NCBI GenBank assembly: GCA_026025075.1
Contig: JAPEUI010000010.1
Span: forward strand, 62,001 to 126,000
Direction: 5' to 3'
Origin: Vezdaea acicularis
Lineage: Eukaryota
DNA: 64,000 nucleotides
A model generated the notes under the pieces. That model worked only from the letters and a program-made list of their open reading frames with translations. It searched no databases and was not told the DNA's origin. Shown one piece after another: positions 50,370-63,709 of the stretch. Each line of letters starts with the position of its first letter. Within the stretch, counting starts at the first letter, position 1. A program made the position numbers and the translations under genes.

Positions 50370-51553
50370 CACGTTTGCTCGGTGCGCTAAGCTCGTCCGG
50401 ATGATATCAACGTCGCCTCGTGGGGTCGAGTGCTCTGTCGGCCGCGCTCCAGGCAAGATCCTCGTCGGTCAACTCGAGCCTCTGCGCATCCAGGGCCAAG
50501 CTTAAAATGACTCGCGTCACGTTAGACAGCCTCCGCCCAAAAGGAAAATGCTCGTGTTGCTGGGCCACCGGCGCCGGTCTCGGGCGATAGCAGTCCCCCG
50601 CGGTACGAAGGTTCGCTCGCGCTCTCATCTACGGATGTTACTGTCGGCTCGGCTGCCTGCTCAGAAGCACAGGTGTTGTTGGGCGGAGGCCGCGCAGGAC
50701 GCCCGGCCATTGGCTGAGACGGGCACGGGCAGCACGATAACCCATCGATAGCGAGCCTTGGCGGCCGGAGCATGGACCAAATTGCTCGGTCTCTCCCTCG
50801 CGTGTCTCTTGGACTTCCGCCGACACGAGGAAGGATCTGGAGGGCCTTTCGTGGTCGCCTTTTCGCCGCTCTGGGCGATGGCGCTGGGGGAGCAGGAAAA
50901 GGAAAGTCGAGCGACCTCGCGAGAATTGAAAGAGTTGACGTCGAAGAGCAGCCAATCATCGATGCACGTGTGAGCTCTGGCTCCCGTTACTCGTGCAGAT
51001 CGCCGCAGCTACTTCGGCTCGCTTACCGGCGCGCTAGCCTGTTTGCCGCTAGCGCCGTGGGGCTGCCCCCCCACCCCCGTCTGGCGGCTGCACACCACCT
51101 CGCCCACACTGTCGCGCCACGCCAGACGACCTTCTCCAAAGAGCAGAGCAGGTGGATGCGCTTTGATGACCGCGCCCAGGACGACATCGCTAAGAGCATC
51201 CACGAGAGCTTCTAAGACGCCATGCTCCAGCGCTCGAATCGCTGCAGCGTGGCCGGGACCATGTTCGCGGCGTGCCTTTTCATTGGCGGGAAGCTGGTCA
51301 TGTCTTTCCATGGACAGAGTCTTGGGAGCAACCACACCCGCCGTGGATCGGGAATCGCATTTACCATCTCGACCACCCACCGAGCCCGTGGCGAGCCATG
51401 GCATGCACTGCCGTCCATCCGTGAGCGAAAAGACGTTGCCTCCGACCTAAACGTAATCGGAATCTGATGTCACGTTTCCTCGAGGACCTCATTTTTTCTC
51501 GGGGATCTCACGTTTCCTCGAGGAGCTTACGTTTGCGGGTGATACGAAACGTG
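50370..51553. promoter_or_regulatory. Cluster of PHO boxes (CACGTK; Pho4/NUC-1/PalcA-type bHLH sites) upstream of PHO84
   Basis: CACGTT at 50370, 50518, 51471 and 51509; CACGTG at 50965; AACGTG at 51548. Confidence 0.7.
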
Positions 51554-51776
51554 CGTGAGACTTATGGATATATCTGTAGTGGAAGCGGTGGTTCGAGCAC
51601 TTTCTTCTGTTTGATGAGACCTATATCTGCCCCTTGTGGGGCTAGTTATTCCCATTCATCTCCCTCCCCTCTTCCCTCTTTCCCTTACTGCTAATTCACC
51701 GTTCAAAACCCCCAAACCTATTCCCACACATCTCTTTCTCGCACTTCCCACTTCTCTCCGCCACGAGGCATAGCCG

Positions 51777-54700
51777 CTACCAATAAGGCGGTCTGATGCC
51801 CGTAAAGTTCGCGACGGAGCTGTCCATACTATCGTCCTTCTTGCGCTGTCCCGTGATCTGCGATTGATACCACCACGACGTTAGCCCACACTATATTCCC
51901 AAAACCAAAGCGCGCGAGTACGAGGCAGTCTGAAAATGGGGAAGAGGGTACAGAGAAGCCAGGGCCACAGCATCTCGCGGTTCTGGCGCTCTCTCACCAC
52001 ATTGGTCCAGCCACGGAGTCGGTGACGGAGCCCCACCACTCTTCGAGGAGAGCGTTCATCCCCATCCGCCGGACCCTCCCGCACGGCCCCTTTGAGAAAG
52101 GAGGAAAAGAGAGACTCACCTCGAGCTGTATGAACCTGTGAACAGAGACCAGCCAATCGACATAGCTCTGCGCCTCGGAATTCCGATCTTCCACCAGCCG
52201 CCGCGCAAACTCATACTCACTGCCATCGACACCCTGCCTCGCCACATTGATCGTCAAGCCCTTGCTGCCTCGCACGCCCTCCAGCCAGCGCAGAATATTG
52301 CGTACTTGGCAGTTCAGGTGGGTTTCCAGGACCGGGAGAGTGGACATGAAGGGGTCGAGTGAGGACAGCGTGGTATAGGTCGGGCCGAATAGGTCGGCGA
52401 GAAGATTGGGTGAGACGCTGGCGTGTAGCCAGAGGAGGAGCGTTTGGCTGTTGTCGATTAGGTAGACGCCGCCAGGTTCAATGCGCGAGTAAGATGCGCG
52501 CAGCGTGGGGGGGAGGACGAGATGGCCTGCGGAGTTGGGGAAGCCGTCCTAGATGGAAGACGGAAGGGTTAGTTGGGGCTTCAAGGCGGTGGGCCGTTAG
52601 GAAGAAGGAACACGCGATAGAGGAGGTAAGGAGAGATTAGGGGTGGAGAGGGCAAGTGGGACTCAGGCTTGACGGCTAGAGTCGCACATAACAACTGCGC
52701 CTATCCACGCAAAGAGGAAATCAATGGATGTTGGCCTGAAGCCTATGCAACATGCGCGCCTGCCAGTCGGAGGCCAGACATGCTCCAATGGGGGAAAGAA
52801 CGCGGAACTCACCTCATCGCTCAGGTTATGAATCGGGATGATGCGTGGGTACAGATACAGCGACAGCTCCAATGCCCCCATACTCTTGAGCATGCGCATA
52901 TCATGGACCCTCCTATCGCTCGGCTCAGACCCCCCCTTAAAAGCGCGACACTTCATCAAGGCGAGCATATACATGCCAAACTCCTTCAAGTTCTCTGGTA
53001 GCACCAGCTGGCCTGGTGGGTGGGACCCGCTGAAATTTTTGCGGTAGCCGGCAAGGATGTCGACAGTTTTTTCGCTAATGGCGCCGCGGATGTCCTTCAG
53101 GCTGCGTTCGGTCATGCGCGAAGCAGCTAGAAGCGGTTGTTAGCATGTTATGGAATAATGTTAGATGAAAAAGGGTTGACAGGGGAGCGGAGGCTTAAGA
53201 GACCACCTGCCTTCTTTGGCGATCAAGTTCACAATCGCGTCTTGGTCGACGAAGCGCATTCCCTCGCGACCACCTTCGCTCACAGAGGCGACAATGTTGT
53301 GGCAGCGCACTCGCCGCTCGCCGCTTGCGGTTGTGTAAAGGAGTGCACTCTGAAAATGGGCGTCGAGCTTGGAGTCTAGTTTTCCGTCGTAGCTAAACAT
53401 CACACCTATCGCCTTGTCGGCGTCGATTGTCCCGAATTCCAGGTCTGCACCGAAGGTATGCTGTACGAAATTGCCGTGGTACGAGGATATTTGGAGTCCG
53501 TTCGAACATCGCACCTTCATTAAGGCTTGATAGCCCGTGTCGCGCGTGACCGTATGTCTAATCTCCTTGGAAAGCTGTAATGAGTCGCGAGGGGCGTGGA
53601 AGTTGGGATAGTAGAACATCTCTCCCCCTGAAGTCGCGGATACGTGCCCAACCGTAGCAAGGTCCAAATATCCGCCTGCTGCCGTCGCAACAAAAAAGTC
53701 TACCCCAACGCCACTCTGAACCATCTTCTCTCCGCATTTCTTCCACGAAGGGTGTTCCGTGGTGAACAACTTCTTCTCTGCGTCGTTGTTTGGGGCAGCC
53801 GTTCCATTATCTCTGCGGAAGAGCCTACCGGGGCCCCAAGTCGGCAGAGCAGAGAGTGAGCATACGATCTTCCCCCCGGTTGACGAAAGAGCCGCCAAAG
53901 CAGAGTTAAGGGTCGGGAGTAGAGCAGGTTCTGGGTTCTTGATTTGGGAGAACATAGTTGGTAGCTGATTCAACAATCCGGTGATGATGTCTTTCGATTC
54001 GTAAGGATCAACGAAAAGGCCTTCACTGAGAGGTACGAACGGGTCTTCGATGTCGGGCATAACAATCATTTGCGCCTTCTCAAGCTCGGCGCTTAGGTTA
54101 TAGAAATAAATCTCCTTGTCGTAGGTGATAAGCCCGACCTTTGACCCCTCTGGGATGCTCCGCTTGGTTTCTGCACCATCTTCTGTCTCTTCAGTGTCTG
54201 AACCGTAAAGGGCATTCAGTATTCCCTCGCAGAATGCTTCCAGTAGCCCCTTGTTAAGAGACTCTTGCGTGACATCTATCAAGAAAAGCCACCTTAGCCC
54301 CACCGGCTCTTTCGCCCAGTATTCCTTGGGTACCATGAATTCGACGGTTCCCCTCATCAGCTCCGGCCTTTGCTCTCGGTCGACGCGAACTCCTTGCGGA
54401 TTTGTGGGCGAAAAGTACTCTGTCGGGACATCATTCGGGAATGTACACATGTTGCAGACGAATTTGTTGCCCCCCGACCTGAACGTCATGAACGGATTTA
54501 TGTATGCCCTGCACCGCCTACACCTTGGAGGCCCAGTCTCCCCAAAGTCTAGTACGGGTATTGGAAGTTCGCCGTCCTGAAGGGGAGCGAGAGGTTGCAG
54601 CAGAAGACCAAGAGGTAAGCCAGTGCTAGCTAAAGACTCGGCTGTGGTAGGAATGCTGTTTATAGAGAGACGGGCGAACTTTGGTGATGAATTGCCCTGG

Positions 54701-55461
54701 TCGTGGGCAACAAAGGGGATGACGGCGGGTGGTGGTAGGTGCTTTTCCAGCGTAGGGTATACATGGTCGAGATAATATAATGCGGGTCCATCTCTCGAAA
54801 CGGGTACACTAGGTATCTGATCAGGGTCAACCCGACCTTGCTGAGAACCCGGACCGCCTGACGCAGCAATTGACTGACTCCCAGATCTTGATAGCCCGTC
54901 TCTTGCGGCGTGCTCCATGGGTGTCACGGGACTGGCAGGGTTGAAAGGAGCATTTGCTTGTGCAGGGAATTGGTTCATAGCGGGGGTAATAGGTTGATTT
55001 AGGTATTGACCACCTGGTGCCAATTGCTGAGACGGATCTCCAGCAAAATATTGTGATCCCTGAGGCGCACCTGCGGTCCCAGGAGAAGGTGCGGCCTGCT
55101 CAAGGTTGTGGTATGCGTGTCGATTCTTCTTCTTCCCTGCCCGACCTGCACCAGCCGCTGACGGATCTCCAGATATTGCCATCCCACCCATCTGCGCTGG
55201 AAGCCCTCCCAAGCCGCCTTCAGTGGGTTGCAGTGTGCCCTGCGGAGGGAAATAGCTCTGCTGTACTCCTTGAGGGTCGTAAGGAGACTGTTGATACCCT
55301 TGAGGGTTTCCCGCATATTGAGCTCCCCCTTGCTGATAGCCTCCAGGTGGTGGCATGGCCTGGGGCTGGAAATTCGGTGGGGCTACGGGCTGCTGCTGTC
55401 CATTTGGATCATTCTCTGCATCTTGTTGGCCCAGGGCGTGGTACACCCCAAAGTCTGACAT
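51777..55461 (-). CDS. SFB3: COPII Sec24 family protein, Sfb3/Lst1 (Sec24C/D-like)
   Basis: Gln/Pro-rich N-terminus, DQGNSSPKFAR, zinc finger PPRCRRCRAYINPF...CNMC, vWA FLIDVT, VRCSNGL, GERRVR, gelsolin-like end SYVDWL; last exon ends GIRPPYW*. Confidence 0.92.
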
Positions 55462-56061
55462 TGTGGGCGCGTGGGCGGTTCGGGGGAAGATTGGTCAACC
55501 GCCTTTAAGGTGAATGAGAGAATCCGAGGATCAAGTGATTGTCACTAAAGTATGATACATTTCAAGTCAATTACGAGTGTTCCAAGACGGCGGCGATCAG
55601 GTCTACACCCTTGACGTAGAGGCGGGAGAACATTTGAGTTACCCTATTCCCAAATGTAAACTTTGGCATCTTCGCCAACTTTATTTCGGCTTTAGCGTCG
55701 CGACTTGCTGGGGTCGCGACTTGAGTGCACCGCAACCTGCGATAGATTGAGTACGACCGATATTGAACATATCCAATGTATCCTTTTAGAGTAGATTAAG
55801 TCAATTTATATCGCTAGGATTTAGGAGTTACGCGGAAACTTGTTATTGTGTGGATATTTTTGTTTCAGGTAATTCAATGTTTTTGTAAACCGAACCTTAC
55901 GTTAAGTGATTCAACGCCAACGTTGAATAACGTCTATGTCCAGTGGCCCAGTGACCATACGCTGGGTCATGCAATTCTGCTCTAAATGACGCCCAACACT
56001 CCACAATTATTTACATCAACATAATCGTCTCTATACGACCATGTTAAAAACCTTAGATATT

Positions 56062-57605
56062 CTACATCCTCTGCCTCAACTTCAACCCTGTTCGTGATAA
56101 CCTTGCTGCAACTATGACGAACCCTCCCACTAAGATCGTAGTAGCTGCAAACAACTGAGCGTATAGGTAATTTCCGTTTCCTTTCTGTAAAAGCGCGCCG
56201 CCAACTGGGGCTCCAGTCAGGGACGCAAAACTAACGATTGTGAATATCATCCCGATTCTGATCCCCACTTTCTGTAGGTCTGGTGTCAAGCTCGATAAAA
56301 TACTTGGGAAAAGTCCCTGTATGCCAGCGGCAAATAGACCATAAACGACCGCGAACGCGATCAATCCACCTCGGCTTTTGACTGCTATCCAGCAGTAGAG
56401 TATGAGGCTTGCAACGAAGGGCAAGCCCAGTAGCATGTTCAGGGGGCCCGTATATCTATCCGCCACGTAGGCAGGCACGAGACGTCCGATAATACCGACG
56501 CCGTTCAAAATCATTATAAGAGAAATAGAGTCGGCTTGGCTGATTCCAATAATGTCGCGGCCAAAGCTACCGATCTGAATAAAGTACGTTAGTACAAATT
56601 ATTATGAGGGAAAGAAGTGGGAGACATACATAATAGAAAGCAAAATAAAGACCCCAGAACACGAGAAACATGCCAATCGCAAACAGGGTATAAGCCACAT
56701 CTTTGAATGCGGACAGGTCGACAATTGGCCCCGTTTTTCGCGGCGCAATGCGGGTCCTCAAGAAAATATTCGCAATAATCAAGTTGATGAGCATGATTAG
56801 CCCCAACACTCTGACTGTCCAGGCAAAGCCGATTTTAGGCAAGAGCTGTCGTATGATGGCAGGAAAGACAAGTCCACCAGTACCAGTACCGCAAGCGCCA
56901 ATGCTGATGGCTACAGATCTATGTTTGGTGAAGTAGGTAGATAGTACAGCAAGAGCAGGAGCAAACATGAGCCCGTTCCCGAGACCCACGCAGATCCCTT
57001 GCGCAAGAAACAACTGATAGTATTTGGTGGAAAGTGATGTCATAAAAACACCTAGAAGCTCAAGGAAGGAACCCATGAGAAATATATGGCGAAAGTAGCC
57101 CATATCTGTCCATCGCCTATGGTAGGTTAGCATTTTTGAGAGCAGCCAACAAGGAAGGATCAACGTACCCAGAAAATGTGCCAAGAAAGAACAATAAGAA
57201 TATTTGTACGGATCCGATCCATGAAATATCCGACGGAGGATGTCCCAAGGTCTCGACATAATGTGTTTGAAATGGTCCAAAAGAATTGACGAAGCCCCAC
57301 GTGTTGAATACAACTAAATGCCCCATCAAAGCAACAGTCCATGCCATGAGACCGCCATCTGGAGGAGGTCCATCCTCATGAATTGGCTTGATTGAGCTGA
57401 CACGAGAGAGGACATCCCTTAACCCTCCTGGCGTAGCTTGGGCGGTCCTTGTTGATTTGAGTTCGTCCATTTCAGGCTCGACTGCTTCAACTGAGTCAAC
57501 ATCTTTATCGTAAGGCAGCGAGACTTCGGTTTCGTTCGCGGCTTTTTCAAGGTCTTTGTCAAGAGCTGGATCTGAGGAGCTCTCTAAGTTAGCTGGTCGC
57601 GCCAT
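56062..57605 (-). CDS. MFS transporter, monocarboxylate porter (Mch4/Mch5-like) family
   Basis: PPPDGGLMAW, NTWGFVNSFGPFQ, ISWIGSVQ, YQLFLAQGIC.GLG.G, GRL.PA..AD; 2 introns. Confidence 0.9.
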
Positions 57606-58872
57606 TGTGGGATTTGGTGGTCTGAGAAGACCGGTGATTCTTGCTTCTCACAGGTATGAGGGACTGATGAAAACGATAGACGCGAAAGGTAAAGCATAAA
57701 CCTTGGTGAAGCCATAGGATATATGTAGGGAAAGCCCCTTGGTCCAAGTTCAAGTGGCCATTAGCCACGTTTCCTAGCGGCCACCATGAGGTACAGAAGG
57801 AGGAGTCATATCGCCCGTTTTCTCTTTCGATTAACTTTTTTAGGTGGTGATTGCGCCATTGCGACGTGTAAGCCGGGTTCAATTTCCCAACATAGACGGT
57901 TGAGTGTGTATCAAGACCCACGGGGGGACAGGGTGTCAGAATTCGTTCAAGCCATGGCCATTAAAGAGGGGCGTTGAGCGCATAGCGAAGGGCGTAAACT
58001 ATAGAGCGGAATAGGTCCGCAGAGATAATGGCGTCCATCTTTACCGAACAACTTCGCGGTCATCGAGTGCCGTTTTAACCGAGACAAGGGTTTAACCCAT
58101 AAGCACGCCCTTCACTTGCTTCTACTAGATTCGAGTACAAGCAAACGTGCTACTGAGGGCAGCTTAGTAAGTCAAGTCGTTGTCATCGGCACTGCGCCAG
58201 TTGACCAGATTTGACTACCTATAGTCTATTAACAGTCAATCATGGTGAAAATTTGTGAATTATGGCTCGTGAAAAAGCTGGTGATGTCACGTCCGCTAAA
58301 GTGTAGCCGAAAGTCCTGGCACCCCCAATCGCCTCGGTACCTGCATTCTTGATTACTCGTCAGAAACTTTTGGGGGCAAAATCCTGCCCCCACCAGCTTG
58401 TAGTCTCTGGTAGTCAGTCGCTCGAGCTTTGCTAGGATTGCGGACCCGATGACACTACTCTAGCCGATCCTTTATCAGATGCGCGCACGAGACACTATCT
58501 TCTCTTCGCTTTGCCTACTGGAGACAAGATTGTGAAGGTTTCGCAAGGGTCTGTGCGACCTTCCAAGACCCTCTAGGCTTATCAACAATATTGGTCTAGC
58601 GGAGAGAATCACATATGCGGCAGATCTCCTGGAATCAATCGCTTTGCTGGAAAGAGTGGGGCACGGGCGGGTCGCGTGTTCCATAGATTGTTTGACAAGG
58701 CGTAAAATGTCAATCATGAAATGGGATAAACATCAAGATGAATGAAAGCAAACTGACATTATGGGAGATCACAAAGACGATAAGCGACCGCCTGTTGGAT
58801 GGACGATGGCTCATGTAATGAGAAATCAAGTCTGTTCGGGTACATCTTGATAAATACTAATACGTTCAATGG

Positions 58873-60396
58873 TTATCTACTTGCTTTAAATGCACATGTC
58901 CCCATGTCCAACTTCTTCGCTGGCCCATTTGGCGAAATGTCGAAGTCGAAAATATCCATCGGCAGTCCAAGAGTGGTGCAAGCATTTGGGATGTCCACAA
59001 TACCTGCCACATGCCCCTGGACGGGCGCACAGCTCAGCAGAAGATAGACTTGGTAGTCGCAATACCCGAATCGGCGCAGATACTCGATGCACCTCAAAGT
59101 CGTCTGTCGGTAGGCGACAGTTACATCCATGTAATGCTGCTTCCCTTTCTCATCCACACTGAAACCTTCAAAGGTGAGATAGCGTCCAGGGCCAAAATGC
59201 GGTTCCACGGGGCCGGGAAGGAAAATAGGGGATCTCATGCCAAGATCAGCGACACCGTTCTTCATAACCTTAAAGTTAATGGTGATGACTGAAGGGGTCA
59301 GAAAGGATCGCAGCAACCGGTTAAGTAAGGAGAACTTACTGCCTGCCATCTCGATTGCACCACAGAAAGATATCTCTCCATCGCCCTCTGAAGAAATCCA
59401 TTAGCCTCATTAGTTACTCACGATTGGGAATGATCTCACGTGAGAAGTGCAAATCTCCGACGCTGAATTTCGCGCCTGGCACATGGACTGGAAGATACAC
59501 CTTACTGCCTCTCGATAGGTTCTTGATATCGCAGTTGCCTCCGTGTTCTGGTCGGCCCGGTATCGTCCTCGCACCTTCTTTACCGACTTTCTCTTTGATC
59601 TCAGCACTCGCCGTGATACCGGCATGAACATTGGTGGGATTTGGTAGTTCGGCTACTACACGATCAAGGGTGTTTGTGGAAACAAGCTCGCTTTCACGTT
59701 TAGTCCACTCAGCGAGAACTTCAGCGCTTGGAGCGCAGCCCAGAATTCCAGGATGAATGAGGCCGGGGAAGCGGACATGTGGGATGTGCCGCGAAGAGCA
59801 GAATATGCCTTCAAAGTCCCATATCGCCTTTGCTGCATTCGGATAGATTTCGTCCAGGAAACCCCCACCATTTCGGCGATCGAAGACCCCTGTGAATCCC
59901 CAGGGCTGATCTTGAAAGGGCTGGACGTCCTGTATTTCAATCAGGAGTACATCCCCAGGCTTGGCGCCTTCAACTTCAAACGGACCAGAGAGATAGTGAA
60001 CGCAAGTCAAATCAACATTCTTCATGTCATCAGCCGAGTCATTGTCTGTAATGCTTCATTAGTATGATTCTGGCGACGCACAGCCATAGAAAGGTAATGC
60101 TTATACTTTTGATCTGGCCTCCTGTCCAGTCTAGACACTCAATCTTGACCGTCTCGCCATCCTTGATCGTACCGGCGAAAGGGACTTGAGGATATCAGTT
60201 GATAGGGCAAGGGTACCAAAGGTGAAGCTATGCGCAGGGCGCTTACTGTCGGGATGCCATCTATTCTTGTAAAGCATTAGCTCGTGTCGAGTTCAATTAG
60301 ACACAGACAGGAAACACGTACATGCAAGCCTGCTTGCTCCCCAGCAGGTTTGTCGAAGCTAACGCTTTGTACCGTGCGAATCCCGCTCAAAGGCAT
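58873..60396 (-). CDS. fmdS: Formamidase (FmdA/AmdA family)
   Basis: LH|NRWHPD, ECLDWTGGQI, HYLSGP, HPGILGCAPS, PEHGGNCDIKNLSRGS, GDLHFSQGDGEISFCGAIEM, VDIPNACTTLG. Confidence 0.95.
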
Positions 60397-60982
60397 GTTG
60401 ATTATATGACGTACACGTTTATCTGCTACTGTCCGATGCTCAATTCCAATTGATCACAATCGAATGAAGAGGAGAAATAACAGAACTATGATCTGGATCC
60501 TAAGGTGGGTGTGCTTCGGGTAAAGAGAACCCCGCATCGAGAGATCTTCAAGGCATCCTTGGCTACTATGTAATGGTAGCGCGTTTACTGATGACTTCAA
60601 ACGCGCCGTAGCGATGATAAGCCCCGCGCCGTTATCGAAATTCCAAACCCCATGCGAGCATAGTCCCCAGAGATCCACCCCACCAGGGTGGAGGGGCTCC
60701 CCAGCAGCCGGTCATAAGCGAATTTAGCTTTCCCCGCAGGTATCTATCGCAAAAAAGTTTAATGCGTTACCGCGAATCTTTCCCAAATCGAAGACCGTAT
60801 TTCACCACTAGGCGCATTTGAGAGAGTCTGCCGAGCAAACTAGATCAGAGTGCTACGACTCATGCCTTCTATCGTCCTACCACTTCACTTGATTCCGTCT
60901 AAAGGGCGTATATCGCGGAAGCGTAATAGTCAGGAGGTTATGCCCTCTTTGTACTGTATCGAAGAAGCCATTTGCCGTGGCT

Positions 60983-62392
60983 TTATATATCTTTTTTAAA
61001 GCCCCCAACACTCTGAGATATAAGTGGGTTCTCGTCCTCTTCGCTAGAAGTTATGTTACTAGCGTCAAGATGTAGCAATGGCAATTTAAGGAATTCAAAT
61101 TTGTTTCTCCATTGTACCTGAGTCTCGACAAAGCCTTCGCTTTCAGCAGGAGGTGGTGGCGGGTCCGTAATCTTGGTAATGAGATAGGCTGTGGAGGCTT
61201 CTGCTATGCCATAGATGAGAACACCAAGCAAAGGAATTCTCAGGAAGATATAAAAGCCGACACCGAAGCCGAAAAGTAAGCCCTCACGATCACGGAACCA
61301 ACGCTTCTTCTGGTCTGGCGTATACCGTATGCGTGAGAAGTACGGAATAAGCTGCGTGGAGGTTTTTGTTAGCAGAGGCATTGCCAATAAGTAGTCTAGC
61401 TCCCTTACCAATTCCCTCATAAGACTCCGAGACGAGAAGTAGCTTTGAAGGAATACAACGAGCACTTTTCGGGGAAGGAAAATCCCAACTCCAAATATTG
61501 CCAACGCCGGACCAATTCCAACAGCCCTGTTAAAAGCATAAAAGCTAGTTGCTGGGAGCACAAATCTGCCAACTACTGGTAGAAATGATAGCGTATAAAT
61601 TGCAAGTGATATACCTGCTCGCCTTGCGAATCTTAGCACGAAAGATATAGCAGCGTCTTTCGGATTTTTATGTGGGCCATTTTGCCCGCTCTTTTGGCCG
61701 TGGGTTGAGTATTGAACCATGTTAGGGTAATACATGGCTCTGAGATGCTTTGGATCTTCTGATCTATGCTTTTGAATATACGTTTGGTCAACCCATTTGA
61801 GAGAGTCCATAAATCTATTCTGGTAAGCACGTTACTGGAATGCAGGTCCGACTCACAAGCCTTTGAGCGTTTCTAGGGAATGGACCCCACAGCGGCCCAT
61901 GGCTCGGCTCTAGAGATATCGTTTAGACATACAAATTGTCAAGGGTTGGAGTCAGGTATCTCATGAGACTCATTAGGAAGAACGGCAACTGCAAGACCGA
62001 GTTGCCAATGAAATCCAAAGTGCTGACGATTGCATCATCCCATGTTGCTTTCTCAAAATCAATGACTAACGATAAAAATGCGAGAGTCGCTTTGATAAGT
62101 ATGATCTGAAGGTTATCCGGGACTGTCAGCGTATTGGCCTGGATATGCGACGTCATATCGTGCCTACAGGGATAGCAATGGCAAGCCTGATCACAATGCC
62201 TGCTGCTACTGCGTATGCTGCTTGCCTGTAGTGCTCTGCTTTGAAGAGGCCGGGGTTTTGGAAAGCTCTCACAGCTGTTAGAAACTGAAGTCAGCAGAGC
62301 TCAAGACAACCTAATGTTGCTGGACCATGCTCACCTCCAACAGCTGTAAGCTGAGCGCCCCGCAGAATCGCATTGGGGTCAAAATTCGACAT
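60983..62392 (-). CDS. usgS: UsgS-like transmembrane protein (EI24/Lds-like)
   Basis: MSNFDPNAILRGAQLT.VG|A.RA.QNP.LF..EHYRQAA, FMDSL.WVD.TY..KH, W..DREGLLFGF, YGIAEASTAYLITKITDPPPP; lies directly upstream of fmdS. Confidence 0.8.
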
Positions 62393-62687
62393 ATTGTGAC
62401 TTCTGGACTGGCTGTGCCCGCTTATATATTGGAGTGTACTCTGCCGGGGCTGTACAATTCGTGTCGGTGGGTAGTCCAGGTTCCCGGCATATACGTGCAG
62501 TCGCTAAATAATACCCAAGGAATCACTTCGTCTGCCATGACCGCTCCAGCCAAAGCCACTGCATAGAAGTCGAATCGATATGCAACTCTCGCTGGAGATA
62601 CCGTCGCGTCCTATGTTTTCGACAGGAAACAATTTAATCATGCGTTCTCCTTATGTGGTCACTTAGGCAAGGACAATCACGTCAACG

Positions 62688-63709
62688 ATGGAGGGCCAAG
62701 CTGGCACTTTCCAGGTATTCCTTCTCAAAACGAAGACGGTTCCCAACGACGCGTACGAGGACCATTTTCAGACGCTCAGCATCAATGGAAAGCGATCTAG
62801 ACCGGTTTTTGTCCCCGTTCTGAAACACTGTCTCGTGGCAGAGCAATTGCGAACTATTGAGATATGGCTTGAAGGGGGCGTAATAAGCCTTGGAGGGAGA
62901 TTTGGGGGCATCATCTTTACGAGCCAGAGGGCCGTTGAAGCCTTTGCCAAATGCGTGACGGATATGATTGGTTAGTTCATACAGGGAACCGCTGGATATC
63001 TAGAGGCTAGGGGCTCCCATGGTTTAGACGTTGAACCATTTGCTCACATGTTCACTTAGAGCGTAATCCGAACTACAAGCTTCCTAAAGGCATATACTAC
63101 TACGTCGTCGGTCCAGCTACACAGCGCACTCTTTCTTCAGTCCCCACACTAAGCAAGTCATCTATCTACGGTGCTGATACTGGCAACGGTGAAGCTCTTG
63201 CTCGCTTCATCCAAGCACACTTCGAACCCGTCCTTCCTGGCGAAGCCCTGACAACTAGGTCACTCCTGTTCCTTGTCGGTGAACAGCGCCGGGACATCAT
63301 TCCCAGGATCCTCGCCACAGGTATGCCAGATGAACCTGGGGTGATGCCCAAGAGGGCAATTGATGTTCAAGAGCTCGTCGTATATGAGACGCGGGTGATG
63401 GACACGTTCTCCGCCGACTTTCAGACAGAGCTGGGGGCAGCTAGCGCTACAGCTATGACATGGGTGGTTGTGTTCTCACCTACAGGTTGTGAGGCAATGC
63501 TTCGATGCCTCGGCTGTTTAGACGAGTATGGGCGCCATAAGCCAGAAACTGGAAAGAGAAGAATATTCATCGCTACCATCGGTCCTACAACCAGGGATTT
63601 CTTACGGAGGACGTTTGGCTGTGAGCCTGACGTATGCGCAGAGAAACCGAGTGCCGAAGGCGTGAGCGAGGGCATTCGGCAATTCATGGAATCACGGCAG
63701 CCTGAATGA
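62688..63709 (+). CDS. HEM4: Uroporphyrinogen-III synthase
   Basis: LLKTKTVPNDAYE, GIIFTSQRAVEAF, YVVGPAT, GNGEALA, LFLVGEQRRDIIP, VVYET, VVFSPTG, TIGPTT, EKPS.EG; intron 62971-63058. Confidence 0.93.
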
